Notes: generated by a model not told the origin, from the letters alone. A stretch of DNA of 64,000 nt from Tubulanus polymorphus (GCF_964204645.1 NC_134027.1:7906485-7970484); one strand, 5' to 3'; positions 14,107 through 27,877 are shown, counted from the first letter of the stretch. Program-made: numbers and translations.

Positions 14107-15340
14107 ATGTCCGGAAACCCGACTGATGAATCTAAGGTAACTAATAAAAAACCCAGTCGGGAAGAAATAGTCCCAAATGAAGCGCCGCAAGGGGAGGCAG
14201 AAGCCGACCTAGGCTCAACTTCTAAAGGTGATACGAAAGCGCAAGCCGATGCAGATAAAATTGAAACGAGCAATAAAGTTGACAAACCACTTGAAAATAA
14301 GCGCGGGGTAAGTGCGAAACGGGAAAAAGACAAAATAAACGAAGGCGTAAAAAAAGAACTTGAAAAACCAGCGAAACCACTTACAGTTTTAGAAACGCAC
14401 GGCTATACGGTGGGTCACACTCTTGGCCACGGTTCGTATGCGACAGTCAAATCTGCATTCTCGTCGAAACACAAGGCGCAAGTAGCAATTAAAGTTATCT
14501 CAAAGAAAAAAGCCCCTACAGATTTCCTGGAGAAGTTTCTTCCTCGTGAAATAGAGGTGGTGAAAATTCTCCGAAACCCGAATGTAGTCTGCTTCTTACA
14601 ATCCATCGAAACGACAAGCCGCGTGTATTTGATCATGGAATTGTGCACCCACGGCGACTTACTCGACATGATACGCAAGCAAGGTTTTATCAAGGAACCA
14701 CAGGCAGCTCAGTGGTTTCACCAACTTGCGGGAGGAATCAAGTACTGTCATTCCAAAGGCGTGGTGCATCGGGATTTAAAATGTGAGAATTTGCTGCTGG
14801 ACGGTCGATTGAATTTGAAAGTGACAGACTTCGGTTTTGCCCGTTCGAGTATGGTATCGAAGCCCGGAGGGCAGAAGATACTCAGCGAGACTTACTGCGG
14901 TAGTTACGCGTACGCACCACCAGAAATATTAAAAGGATCTCCCTACGAAGCGGTCTTAGCGGATATCTGGAGCATGGGAGTAATACTGTTCACAATGGTA
15001 AGGCTAGATTCAGCTCTTGTCTAATAACAGTTAGTCACTTTCCATTTTACTCGACAAAAATGCTATCTTGCTTCAGGTGTTCGGGCGTCTGCCGTTTGAC
15101 GACAGCGACCATAGAACGCTTCTGAAACAGGTCCAAAGCCCGGTTGATTATCCGGCCAACTCGCAAGTACCCGTCGATTGTCGTCTGTTGATTTCCAAGA
15201 TTCTAACGGGCAGACGACAAAGAGCCCGAATGGTAGACATCGAGAAAGACCCATGGTTTCGTCGTGTAGCGCCACAAATTCCGGAAAAATCGAAAACTCC
15301 AACTCCAGCGTCAGAGTCGACGCCTAACACCGAGAAATGA
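14107..15340 (+). CDS. TSSK: Testis-specific serine/threonine kinase (TSSK family); exons 14107-14997 and 15077-15340
   Basis: LGHGSYATVK, VAIK, FLEKFLPRE, HRDLKCENLL, DFGFAR, LSETYCGSYAYAPPE, DIWSMGVILFTM|VFGRLPFDD are TSSK hallmarks; in-frame GT-AG intron 14998-15076. Start ATG inferred. Confidence 0.92.
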
Positions 15341-16560
15341 ATATCAGAATTTCATATTGTGTACTTTAAATACAAGTTTTTCTTTCATTCAATGAATTTA
15401 CATTGAAACAATAAAATTTAATCTACCCCAGGTGCACTCATATTTATAATACATTGTAATCGGTATAAGATATTTTAATCATCTTTTATTTCTTATTTAT
15501 TTTTCTTAAAACCACTATAGAGGCTCATTCCACATAAATACCTAAGGCAAGGTTGAGCATAGTTCGGTCTCTAAGAGAACTCTTCAAAATTCTTTGCCCT
15601 GACTATGACACTGAGCCTTGTAGACTTTCATCATAAACTATCAATGGCCTCATCAATGAATTCAAAATGACAACTCCCTTGAAGAACCCGCCCAAAGACG
15701 AATAGGATATTTTACAACATAGCAGTCCATCATATACGATAGTAAATAAAATCCATTCGTTATGAAAAACGTACCGAAAACACAAATCTATTGGGAATAC
15801 AAATTAGATTTCATTATTATGATCAAGAATCAATTATTCTTCAAAGCAATAACAATTTCAAATATACAGATATTTAATTTGATTTCCCAAAACCACCGAG
15901 AAATACTTAGCACCAATTATGTCTGTACACTACGAATGAACTAACTACAATTGAAAACCCTTCATATAGTTAATGATCTACCACAAAATATGTTCTCAGA
16001 TGCTACGATAATCTAATCAATTAAATTAGGGAATTTTCAATGGTGGAGAAGCCATATCAACCAATGGTTAGATGAGTTATTTTACATTTGGAGATAATGG
16101 CCATTTAAACATATGCCCTATATACACTATATACAGCTAGTAACATCTCAAAGCACAGACTCTAAAACGTTTTAGAATCCATCGTCTTCTAAGTAAACTA
16201 AGTATAAAATTCATTATTTTTTTCAGGCTTTGATACCATTTTAAAAGGAAAATGATACATCTGGGGATATCATTATGGAGACAGTCATCTTTTTTGAAGA
16301 TGGTTCCGCTTACCACGCAATATTCATCGTCACTCAATGTTCTTGTAGAGAAATCTTGCAAACAACTTCTATAGATTTTGCAAGTGAAGCCTTAGTGTAC
16401 CTAACTATACCAATTGATATAACTGCTTTGAAAAATACCATTATTGCACACACGCATTCGAGGTGACAATATATAAATATGATTGCCAGTGTTTTAGAAA
16501 GAAAAACGACAAATTTGATCACAGAAAATGATTTCGAACGGACATACAAAATCGCTACGA

Positions 16561-19405
16561 CTAGTTTAGGTTTAACGGCGCTGGAGGCTGTGGTATTAAC
16601 GACGTGAAAAAGGTAAAGAAGAAAGTAAATGCTATTCGAAATGGATTGGGTGGCGGTGGCTCGACAATGACAGCTTCTACGTTTGGAGTAACTTCTTCAG
16701 CAGATTCATCATTTTCATTTTCCTGCAAAAAAATGAAATATCAAATGAGATGTAGTTCCCCCAGTCTATGAACTGGATAACCAAGCTAATCGCCATTTTT
16801 CTGAACATCATTGAAATTACCTCTGTTTGTGGCGGTTCTTGGTCAGCATTTTCGGCTTGTTGAACGTTATTTTCTTGTTGTTGCTGTTGTTGATTCTGCC
16901 TTCGTCGTAATTGAAACCAACCGACTTGATATCTAAAACATTAACGAAACCATAGTACATCCAATTCAAAGAAAAGACCAGGGACCAAGATGTGAGCACA
17001 GGGAGAAGGAATACTTACAAATACATGGCCATGAAAAATCCAAATGCTAGTAGAGCACGCGACAGCGTAGAATAAAAATAGCACATACTGAATAACACTG
17101 CTATCTGACAAATCATGTAAAACCAGTCAAGCCAATCACCTTGTGGGCCATCATCATCATCCATAGCCACCATACCACCTTAAAAACAGATGCAACATTC
17201 AAAGCATTAAGAATGGATTATGTTGTATTGCGAATTATATTAATTGAACTTTTAATATTTTTTGCAGTTACGAGATGAACTTATGACGTTTCAGCTACAA
17301 GACGTAATTGCTGTCCTTATCATGAACTGTATAATTCAGTCTTTTTACCTTGGGCGTTCATAACCATGTTTTGATTAGCCGCCTGTTGTTGGTTATTGGC
17401 AGGTAAATTATTGTTAACAGCAGCAGCAGCACCACCAGCCTCTTGTACGGGCACAGCATTTTGAGGAGGAACAGAGGAGCCAGGAGCATTCACGCCGACG
17501 GGGGTTGGGGGAGGAGTATGCATTCCTCCACCTACATGATGCATGCTGGAAATGACAAATAAGATGTTTTGAGATTTTATGCAAAAACTGGAATGCAATC
17601 ATTTCCCCGGTTCAATTTATACTTACTATTGCATATATTGAGCCATTTGTTGCGTGTACATGTGTTGTAACCATGATAACTGTTCGGGCGTGTATCCTGG
17701 ATACATTGCGGTGAGATGCATCCGCACATACTGTTCATACTGTTCCTGATTGACCCTGTAAGTCAATAAACAGGCATTTATTTGTAAGTAAAAACATTAG
17801 ATTTTAATTGGCCATGGATTAATAAAACAAGCACCTTTCACAGCCAACACTAAACCCCCTACCCAACGTTACAGGCAACGCATCAGCCTTTTTTGACGGT
17901 CAAACATCAACCATTTGTAAATGCACATAATGAACAAAACTAAACTTTATTTGGCAGGTGTGGATCCACAGGCACTAGAACACCCTCCCCTGAGCACAAT
18001 TTCCTTGTTGGCTGAAGTTCTAATTCCAGAGTATGCCTGCTCTGGAATTAGAACTCCCAGTAACTTTGGGTAGGGGGGTTTTTTTCATCATCATCTTACC
18101 CTTGAAACTGAGTGTGTGGTATGAAGTTAGGCACTGAACCGCGATGATGTTGCATTAGATGTGAATATGGATGAAGATTAGGTACTGAACCACGATGTCG
18201 CAGCCCGTCCGTGCTTGTATTTACATTTGTAGCGTCACTGGTAACAGGGGTAGTGGTTCTTGTCGTTGACGTCACCGTTGTGGTGCTCGGTTTTGGCTGA
18301 AATATACATATGAACTTTCTATACACAATATATACTTATTTAATCTACTGACGTATGCATGCTACGGGCTACGAAATGCTAGAGAGATGAGAAACAAAAC
18401 CATATGTGCAGATGGTAGTTATTACAGCTATCATTTCGACTTTGAATGCTAATAGTACAGTACATGTAGGTAATACATTCACTACTATTGCAAGCAATTC
18501 ATTCAGGGTCAAAGGTACGAAGCAAATTGTGGAGCCCTCTCTGAAATTTTTTGAAAATTTGACGCAAAGTGTAGCAATTTCGTGGCATCTACGATCTAAA
18601 AGGGCTTTCACTAAAGCTTTTTTCCTTAAAAACTTTGCTTCGCCAATCCGTAGGGTGAGCTAGGTCCAGCTTCGACCCCAGTAGATCTGCACCTGGATAC
18701 CCAGCTTCATTCATGAGAAGGCGTGTCTAGTCAGATGTGCAACCTGGTTGAACTCAACTCATTGTTTTATTGTCATGTTCACAAGCGCAGATTCTGTGAA
18801 CCTGTCGTAAATTGGAATTGGCACTTCATGCAATGGATAAGTTAACCCCCCTTAATTTTCCTAAGTGTTTTACTTACTCTCTTCATTTCTGATGCAAGTT
18901 CTTCTTTAGTTGGAGTACAAACTAGATGCACCGTATGGGTTATCTCTTCTTCGTACTGAAATTCGAATAACGATTCACCATTTTAATTATCGACGATCAT
19001 TGAATTCAGTTTGGTGCCTAGAGAAAAAGGTTAAATTTGGGAACACAATGGAAAATATCTAACATTTTTTTACCTGCCATAAAACATCTTTTAACATCAG
19101 ATGATCAGATAGCAATCTTCCGGAATAGATTAGTTTTTGTGAGCCTTCAGCCTGAACAAACAAAGTAATTGACATTAATTGAATACTAAAATCTGGAGCA
19201 TTTTGATTCATCATTTCAATGAATAATTTTTGACATAATACGATGAAATGAATCAATAACTCACCGGCTTACTGGGATACACAGATGACAGATGCTTCTT
19301 CAGCTTTTTAATGGTCCATCCCAAACCGCACTCAATACGCTGATCAGCTATTCTTTGATTGGGAGCCTTTACAACCAGAGTGACTGGCATACTACTGAAG
19401 TCCAT
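16561..19405 (-). CDS. HERPUD: HERPUD (homocysteine-responsive ER-resident ubiquitin-like domain protein); multi-exon
   Basis: N-terminal UBL MDFSSMPVTLVVKAPNQRIADQ..WTIKKLKKHLSSVYPSKP, QKLIYSGRLLSDHLMLKDVL, HTVHLVC, MNAQGG..DDDD..DWLDW, hydrophobic segment, C-terminal TFFTSLIP; probable non-coding first exon with donor near 19941. Confidence 0.93.
18016..18055. repeat. Perfect 16-bp intronic hairpin
   Basis: AGTTCTAATTCCAGAG-tatgcctg-CTCTGGAATTAGAACT inside a HERPUD intron. Confidence 0.8.
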
Positions 19406-21470
19406 TGTGTGGAACCTTAAAATATAATATAGGTCTAAATGATAATTGACTTAACAAAATGAGCTTTCCAGGCTGATATACCACCAACATCAGCTCTTAC
19501 TGATTTTGGCGGTACAGAGGATGTATAGATTTAACAGTATTTTTGTTCATAATAGCTTAGATTTTGGATACAATGAATGATTCACGCACGTGGAATGATT
19601 TGTTGTCCTGGCGGTACGCACGACTGTCAGTTTTATCGGTAGTAGATAGCACATACTTGCCTAAGCCATAATTAGTCATACATAAGTCATGATAAATGAT
19701 AAACTAAAAACTAGGGCCTAACTCAAAAAAGAATGATGAAATTCGGCGTGTAATGACGAGACGCGTCAGAAAAACCCAAACAACTGGCCAAGAAGGAAGG
19801 TGCAACGGCAACGCAAGCGCAAGGGGACGACAGGAAGAGAGGTTAAATTGCCCAGTTCCGTGATTAAAACACCACGAATCAAAGTTCTCTACGTCTATTG
19901 TTTGTGTTTATAAGGTCGGTATTTCTGTCTTCATTTTACTCACCAGAAGCAAATCTGCTTTATATAACAAAAATAGTGACCGTCGATAGTTTTGTTTGTG
20001 TTAAGCGAAAATGAACGATGACGACCCGGAAGTATTTGTCGTGTTCTGATTGGTAGATATAAATTTCGCGAGGTGGCAGCAGCAGCTGGTCTATTCCTTG
20101 TATTCGTCGTATGATTCAATATCGCTGCTTTTTTTCCTACGAAAATGCGAATATTCGGAAATGCATTTTCATTTTCTCGTAGAAGCAGAAAGAAAATGGT
20201 TTCGTTTGGAAGAAATTTCGTTGGGACGATATAGGTGGTAGATTTCTAGGGGGGGGGTGTAGTGGCAATCTGGAGTTGTCTGGGGGGTTAATATTCTGGG
20301 AAATTTGAAGGGGTTCTTGGTGATATTTGCAAGTGTTTATTGTCTGAGATAATTTTGCAAAGGGGGTTGTTATTTTCTTGAGAAGGCTTGTATAGAGGTA
20401 ATTGCGTGGGGTAACATGACTGGGTCGTTAATGGCAGGAACCGTGATTGTATGAGCGTTGTAAGCATAACCCTAACCCACATTGTTAAGTTTAGAAAAAA
20501 AACTGTATTCATGTTCTATGTCCAGATCATTTCGTTGGAACGAAAAGCTTTTCGTTATCACGAAAAAAGAAATATTCATTTTTCACAACGTCACCTCCGT
20601 AAAATCCCGTGTATATAACGAACGTAAATTTGAAATAGAATTAGGCTGCGTATTTGATTCATTACGACTGATCATTTTTATGATCATAATGTGGACGGAG
20701 ATAAAGATTAATGTCCCGACTCCTCGGCATATTTGACACAAGCAAAACAGCTCTTACTTCAGTGCCGCCGCATGTATTAAGCCAAAAAATGACGATTCAT
20801 TAATTCAATATAATGTTCATTATCGTCGCAAGGTGCCTGGACATCCCATCTGGATATACAGCCTTTATGGCTCCGTCCAGGTTCCTGTCATCAATTTCTT
20901 TCTATTGTCATGAAGTACCATGCTTGTATGTTATTCACGTAAATCTAGATTTTAATGAGGAAATAAATAATAATTATACTGTGCAGGTGCCTGAAACCAT
21001 TTCGCCACTAGTACCGTATGGCGACTGTGCTCATTTTTCAGCATGTATTTCTTGTATCGGTATCGAATCTTGCAAGACAACAGGACCAAGTTCGAACAGA
21101 GAACAATCCTTTTCTTTCCAGCCGGAAGATATCTTCAATCTAAGAGATTTTGATTTTGAGTCAGCCGTAGAAAAAATAACGCCAAAAATAATAATAAAGT
21201 CACATCCTTATTCGTTCACGATTAATTTTTTTCTCAGTTGAATTATATACATTGAACGGAGTACATGAAAATGTTCGAGGTTAAATAAAAATCCCGGTGG
21301 GTTTTACGTGATTACACGTTGAACATATTTTAATAGTGCATATTAAAGCTATGGTTGATTCGATATCTTTTTTCATAGAACGATATGCATACGAAAGTGT
21401 TTTTGTCAAAATCGTCTATTAAAATGTTTGCTGTAACCGAGACTAGCATCGAACTGGGAGATTATTTCGC

Positions 21471-23747
21471 TTATCGCGACTGGAGACTAGGCGTCGGGGA
21501 GGAAGGGATTAGGTTTTGGTCGAGACTGTTTCCCCACAGAAGCAGTTTGAAATTATTTTTCGAGGCCAGTATACTGCCCAGTCGATCGTAAACTAATTCT
21601 AGTGTTCGATAGTACAACTGAAAGTCGACGATCTCCTCGTCCTCGTCGCCGTGCCCGATCAAGTTATACGACAATTTCAGCGTTTTCAGCGTTTGGTTGA
21701 CTTTCAAAGCGCCCAACAGCGTCAGAAAGCCGATGTTCGTGATTCCGCACATATTCATACATAAACATTCGAGCGTCTTGTTATATTTCAGAGCGTCAGC
21801 TAAACTCGACGCTCCGTCGTCGCCGATGGAGTTCATGCTCATGTCTAGTGTTTTCAGTACCGTGTTCGCTTTCAGAGCGCGAGCTATACACGCGGCCCCG
21901 TCGACGTCGATGTCACATTTTTCGACGTTCAGTTCTTGCAGCGTGCGATTTGACACGAGCAAATCGGCTAGAAGACTCGCGTCGGATTTCGAAATGCAGT
22001 TGCTACTGATATCCATCGTTTGAAGCCGAGAATTGATTCGAAGCGATTTGAACAGCTTGCTGTAACTTTCCTCGTCCAAGTTCGTGCGTCGCATGCGTAG
22101 GCGTTTCACGTAGGCGTTGCTACGCAGCTCCTCAGCGAGAGCGTCGCATCCACGTCCCCGTAAATCATTGAAACCGACGTCCAGGTCGGTAAGCGTCTTG
22201 TTATTGGACAGCGCGTCGGCTAGGATGTTACACCCGTGGCCGGTTATGCCCGTACACGTAACGTTCAACGTCCGCAAAGAACGATTCTTTTTCAGACCGT
22301 CGGCGATGTAGCGCACGCCTTCGTCGCCGAAAGCGTTCAGACGAATGTCAAGTTTCGAAAGACCGTGATTTCTCGAGAGAGCGTCCCCGAGCCAAACGAC
22401 GCCGTGTTCGTCGATTCTGTTCTTGGCTAAACACAGTTCGCGTATGCAACTGTAATGAATGAGTAAATTGCACAACACTTGCAGGCCCGAATTACCTAAT
22501 TTCTGATTGTATAAATCTAACACGATGATCGGTATGACACGGTTTTGAGTGTAATTCGCATTCCAGTCCCTGATCGCGATCGACTCGTAGAACGACCGAC
22601 GTTTATACTTATTCACTTCTTTAAAATGATCTTCAATCGAAGTCGAAAGAAGTTTCGCTTCTTCGGCAGTGATCATATTCCCGCTTTCGCTGTCGCAGTA
22701 ATTGATGTCCATTTGGAATATCGCGCATTCCTCGTTTAGAAAGTCCGAACTGCCGAACACCTCGTCGATGCAGCCGAGCGAGTCGCTGTGGCTCGCGTAA
22801 CGATCGCGACATTCGCAGACGTTTTTGATGACGGTGTGGTGCACCTCGAGTAGATCTGCTAAATGTACTTGCGCCTCGTTGACTCTGAGCACCTGACAGA
22901 ACGCGTGGAACGTGTCGTCGCAATTATTTTCAAGTTCATCTAACAACAGATCGCAGCGACGCTGTTTCGTTCTGCAACCCATTAATTTCAGTTCGATGTC
23001 CGGAGATATGACGCCGTTATCGGTGAGCTGGGTAAGTATTTTATCCGGGTCCATCATCTCCCGGAGAATGTCCTTCGTTAACGAGAAAACCTTCGAAGTG
23101 ATTTGCAATATGGGTAACTGCAGTAGACTGCTGTGCATGCGAGGTTTCACCGTCGGCATTGTGACGAAACTACCCGATGGGGAACCACCGGGCGTGATGT
23201 CAGCCGACTGATGCGAGGCGTGGCGGTCGTTGACGAAGTTTCTCAATGAAGCCGACTCGTTCATCGTATCGGAACAGTTGAAAGAGACGACCACTCCTCG
23301 GTTCCTCTGCGGTTCGGCGAAGCTCCGCAGACGAGGCGGTTTAGGCGGCGGCTCGTAGTTCTTACGGGTCGATGTTGGGGTAGATGGCGCACTGCTCGAA
23401 TACGTCTGCCGATCCGGCGTAATATTCGATCGTCTGGGAAAATCTTGAAAACTGGTCGTCGACGATTCGGGCTCCGCGTAAATCTCACTGACCGATGGCA
23501 GTTCAGAATCACGAAATTCATTGTTAATAACGACCCCGTTGGGGGCACAGCTCTCCCAGTGTACCTCGGGTCTAGGTTTCAGCTCTTGCGTGTTCTGCAG
23601 TCGAACCCTCGGGTCATATGGTTCCTTGAAACCGTAAAAATCACGCGGGTCGATAGTGCCTGCAATGATATATAAATCGAAGTTCATATTTAGTAACAAA
23701 TTCATTAGATCCAGCCCATCTAGCTCTTTTGTGTCTATGAAAGTCAA
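21471..23747 (-). CDS. Intronless CARD + ribonuclease-inhibitor-type LRR protein (NLR-like, no NACHT), 758 aa
   Basis: Single long ORF; Ser/Pro-rich N-terminal part; death-fold CARD-like segment (MDPDKILTQLTDNGVIS..RTKQRRCDLLLDEL..FHAFCQVLR..HLADLL); about ten 28-aa LxxLxLxxNxIxxxG repeats. Confidence 0.88.
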   Translation of the reverse strand: MTFIDTKELDGLDLMNLLLNMNFDLYIIAGTIDPRDFYGFKEPYDPRVRLQNTQELKPRPEVHWESCAPNGVVINNEFRDSELPSVSEIYAEPESSTTSFQDFPRRSNITPDRQTYSSSAPSTPTSTRKNYEPPPKPPRLRSFAEPQRNRGVVVSFNCSDTMNESASLRNFVNDRHASHQSADITPGGSPSGSFVTMPTVKPRMHSSLLQLPILQITSKVFSLTKDILREMMDPDKILTQLTDNGVISPDIELKLMGCRTKQRRCDLLLDELENNCDDTFHAFCQVLRVNEAQVHLADLLEVHHTVIKNVCECRDRYASHSDSLGCIDEVFGSSDFLNEECAIFQMDINYCDSESGNMITAEEAKLLSTSIEDHFKEVNKYKRRSFYESIAIRDWNANYTQNRVIPIIVLDLYNQKLGNSGLQVLCNLLIHYSCIRELCLAKNRIDEHGVVWLGDALSRNHGLSKLDIRLNAFGDEGVRYIADGLKKNRSLRTLNVTCTGITGHGCNILADALSNNKTLTDLDVGFNDLRGRGCDALAEELRSNAYVKRLRMRRTNLDEESYSKLFKSLRINSRLQTMDISSNCISKSDASLLADLLVSNRTLQELNVEKCDIDVDGAACIARALKANTVLKTLDMSMNSIGDDGASSLADALKYNKTLECLCMNMCGITNIGFLTLLGALKVNQTLKTLKLSYNLIGHGDEDEEIVDFQLYYRTLELVYDRLGSILASKNNFKLLLWGNSLDQNLIPSSPTPSLQSR

Positions 23748-26227
23748 ATTTCTAACACTGGTTCACGTAAAAAAAACTCTTGTTTTTTATGTACTACTTA
23801 ATTTTCTTTTACGTAGTAAACCAGAGAGAGTAGATTCGTATAATTTTCATCCGACTCCAAAGGGTTTTTGTTATTCTATTGTTGATTCAGATTTCTAACT
23901 CATCATAAACGTCCGTATCCCAATAACACAGCAATTCTAAACATCAAAAAAGAATTCCCCAGCCTTAGTATCAAATATTTTACTATCTTTCATCTTGAGA
24001 ATAATAACAACGACAGTCTATGCGTGTGTTTGTAAATGTTACTAAACAATGTAGACTTTGATGGAGAAATCCTTTCATACACATTCCTACTTTTAGAACC
24101 GATTTTTTTAGTTCAAATTCGACTCTCCTTAATTAATTTGTGGCGAGCTACTTGAACTCTGAATGAAATCCAACTGAGAACTGGGCCTCGCGTTTTCATC
24201 GACTTTCTAGCACAGTTCTCAGCTGATGAATGAAGTCGAGGACCGGTGCGATTTTCAATAAGAAGTTTAAGTCGGTTAAAATCTTTTGTATTTCAAATGA
24301 ATGAATATATACTAGAATGAAATGTATTAACAAATTACTATATCGGTATTTAATACATAGCGTAAGGAAATCGTTCTGAACCAATTGTCAAGATCAAGAT
24401 AAAGTACTATTCAATATACATGTTTCAGATTTCCTACCTTCCGCGTCCCAGCAAAGTTTGATAGAAAACTTTGCCATAGTCGCGCTATAAGCGCCAACTG
24501 CTCATAACTATAACATGAAATGCGTATCTCATTCCAGTAATGAACGCTGTTGTTCTGCGGAATCAAAACCCTTCGTCCTCCCATAGACAGGAAGTCACAC
24601 ACATATTACAATGTAATTAACATCTGCGCAATTATATGTAATGATTACAGCACATAAAAACGAACGACCCCATCCCATCCATACACTGTGGAATCAAACC
24701 GTAAAATAACTTTTTGAAGTCTGGAGTTTATGCGGTTTGTGTTTACATGCGGCAAATATACACAGTTCCATACGTCAATACGCACATTTCCTATATATAT
24801 ATGATACATGCAACGAATGGTTTCGGAATTCTAGACAAAAAAAGCAACTGAAATATTTGCCGGGAGAGGAATGACGTAAGCGAAATATACCCGACTCCCA
24901 TCGCCGCAGGCGTCGATTTCACCGCATCCTGACAGACTGTCGATATCGAACACTTGACTCGTTCGTTACAAGACGAACGAGTTCTATTCGAAATCCAATT
25001 TCGCGTGTTTTCAAACCGAGTGCGTTACGAATTGCGATTAATTAGAGCCAATATTCGAACGATGCCTCGCTACGAGTCTATCAGTTACAAAAATCTAGTA
25101 ATGTAATAACGAAAAAAAAATAATATTAATACAGAGCCGGCGATAAAGAGTTCATTGTCATAATTCGTAACACATTCTGTAGTCCTACATAATAGATAAC
25201 ATTTAAAAAAATAATTCATGAAATACCAGCAACTATTCGAAATAAAGGCAAATTTTACTATATCTTATATCGCTATACTCGTTTATCTCATTTATGCTTG
25301 CCGAATATATTACTTTAGGTAAAGAGGTAAATAATGGCTTTGAAGTAGGCCTACGTTCCGAACATTTGAGGTAATCAGTTTGTCTCTAACTGCGCTGCGT
25401 CAAATTCGAGCCGTTTACGGGTGATTTTTCAGCGCATCTTTTGACATTCGCCAAAGATCTGTCGTGGTTTCAGCGCAGGACACACGTGCGAAATGCGTAC
25501 GAACTTACTCTTTCGGGATAACGGGTTTGCAAAAAGGGATTAAATTGATTTATATCGAGGGAAAATCTAATATATAACTGAGAGAAATAATGTAAAATGA
25601 AAAGATGTGGTTTGTTAAGCGTTCGAAGCATTTTAACCCCCGAAAAGCCGGGATTCGAAACCTCATCTAAACTAACCTAACTTAAGAAACCGAAGACCGT
25701 ACACGCCCTGCACGATCATAATCGATCTAACGTGGCCAGTTGCCCGTGACATCATACGGGCGGGTGATATTGCGGAAGATGCATTTAGAATCTGCGACAC
25801 AGCCAAAAATGGTGTTAAGTGGCTCGGGTAACCCATCCATGCGTCTAATGAGCGCCAGAGGGACTGACATGAAAGTAGATGGCGCATAAATTGCTGCGCT
25901 GTAATTTAGACTTTACAGGCCAAATCACGTACATAAATAATCAGCAAATAGGTATAAATATCAGTTAACTGTTTGATAATGATAGGTCAACGGTACAGAA
26001 ATTATAACCATTCTGAATGTAAATAATGAATGAAGTACGTAGATTTAGCAGAGACCTATTTCTAGATAATTAATCATACAATGATCACTCTCGACAATCG
26101 TATCTCATTTGTATTTACCGATCTCACGATGTTTTCGTGTAATTCACCACCGAACTGAATCGAAAACCCTGACGCAATTTGCTCCTCTAGGCTACAACTA
26201 AATATTCAACGTTTGATATATATTCAT

Positions 26228-26230
26228 ATG

Positions 26231-26276
<46 letters not shown>

Positions 26277-26842
26277 TGTATGTATGTATGTATGTATGTA
26301 TGTATGTATGTATGTATGTATGTATGTATGTATGTATGTATGTATGTATGTATGTATGTATGTATGTATGTATGTATGTATGTATGTATGTATGTATGTA
26401 TGTATGTATGTATGTATGTATGTATGTATGTATGTATGTATGTATGTATGTATGTATGTATGTATGTATGTATGTATGTATGTATGTATGTATGTATGTA
26501 TGTATGTATGTATGTATGTATGTATGTATGTATGTATGTATGTATGTATGTATGTATGTATGTATGTATGTATGTATGTATGTATGTATGTATGTATGTA
26601 TGTATGTATGTATGTATGTATGTATGTATGTATGTATGTATGTATGTATGTATGTATGTATGTATGTATGTATGTATGTATGTATGTATGTATGTATGTA
26701 TGTATGTATGTATGTATGTATGTATGTATGTATGTATGTATGTATGTATGTATGTATGTATGTATGTATGTATGTATGTATGTATGTATGTATGTATGTA
26801 TGTATGTATGTATGTATGTATGTATGTATGTATGTATGTACA
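26228..26842. repeat. Short (TA)n followed by a ~600 bp perfect (TATG)n microsatellite
   Basis: Directly visible; explains the spurious YIHT/MYVC ORFs. Confidence 0.99.
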
Positions 26843-27619
26843 TAGCATGTAGCATGTATCAATCAGACTAATGTCGATTCGTTGATATATACCGATAAGG
26901 ATGGTTCTAATACGCAAGTCACACCACAAGTGCCTTATGAATTAGATGGTTGAATTATTCTAATATAAAATCCAACGTGAAATGGTTTTAATTACCATTA
27001 ATTTCGACATATACATGTATAGAAACGCACCAGGAACGAAATTCACGAAATTCAAGGGGCACGATGTAACAGGTGCGTTTGATGAGTTCACCCTATTCTG
27101 CATTTAATGGAGTTTGTTGTTTTTATATTCTGTTCAGTTACTGCCAAAAACGATTGGTCAGGATTAGGGATTTTTTTTTTAAATCCTACTGCTGAATGCG
27201 TCATCAATATCCTATTTTATCTATCAATCACTGAAAACAAGTTAATTCGCGAATAGGAACCGCGCACGCTTTAATGGTGGGTTTTGAAGAGGGGTTTTGA
27301 TACGGGATCATTTACATTTTAAGCACGATTGTGTGTCGTCGTGACCGAAGCATCTAAGTGTGTCACGATGCTGATCCGGAAGCCGAGGAAACAATCATCA
27401 ATCTCACGCTGTGGATGCTGTAAATTGAAGATAACCGAAATGTGATGCAATCTGATACGTTCTGAATGGACTGATATTATAGTGATATATCATCGGAAAC
27501 ACTTTCGAATACTAAAAACACGCTGGCCCTTTTTTGAACTAGCACAAAATCAAAGAAATTCGAAATATCTAACAACGCGGCAATTGCTATGATTTCGTAA
27601 TGTCTAATAACTAACCGAA

Positions 27620-27877
27620 TGGAGAAGTCCCACAAAAGAATTTTAAACGATACAATTTATCAAAATGAAACCCCGACGCTTCGGCTGTTGACTAACAGCC
27701 ATCGTCAGGTAGAATGGATGATGCTGGCTGTCAGTCAACAGCAGAAATGCTGTGGTCTAATCTTGATACAATCACATTCAATTCTATTGTGGAATTTCTT
27801 CATATATCATTTCTATAATATTTGAGGAGCGATGTTTCGGCTAACAACTGTTGTTAGCCGAAACGGCGCTCCTCAAA
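27620..27877. mobile_element. Degenerate inverted pair of Penelope-like terminal repeats with hammerhead-like cores
   Basis: Minus strand 27674-27709 reads CCTGACGATGGCTGTTAGTCAACAGCCGAAGCGTCG; a decayed plus-strand copy follows; outer arms GAGAAGTCCCACAA/TTGTGGAATTTCTTC resemble those at 60200-60390; adjacent palindrome 27821-27877 with GGCTAAC..GTTAGCCGAAAC. Confidence 0.55.

Noticed and set aside
18730-18842. Possible intronic C/D snoRNA in HERPUD (11-nt complement to the 18S 5' end; 13-nt match to U1 loop II)
   Set aside because: Box C is poor, the complement is offset from the CTGA box, and matches this short are expected by chance.
19980-20090. ERSE/ERSE-II elements in the HERPUD promoter
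   Set aside because: ATTGG and CGTG are present, but spacing fits neither CCAAT-N9-CCACG nor ATTGG-N-CCACG.
20467-20478. TAACCCTAACCC as a telomerase RNA template, divergent from the HERPUD promoter
   Set aside because: No recognisable pseudoknot, CR4/5 P6.1 or H/ACA domain downstream; context (G-runs, repeated TTTCGTTGG) looks like a repeat remnant. An Infernal search with animal telomerase RNA models would settle it.
26187-26929. 200+ aa ORFs of YIHT/MYVC repeats
   Set aside because: Translation of the (TATG)n microsatellite.
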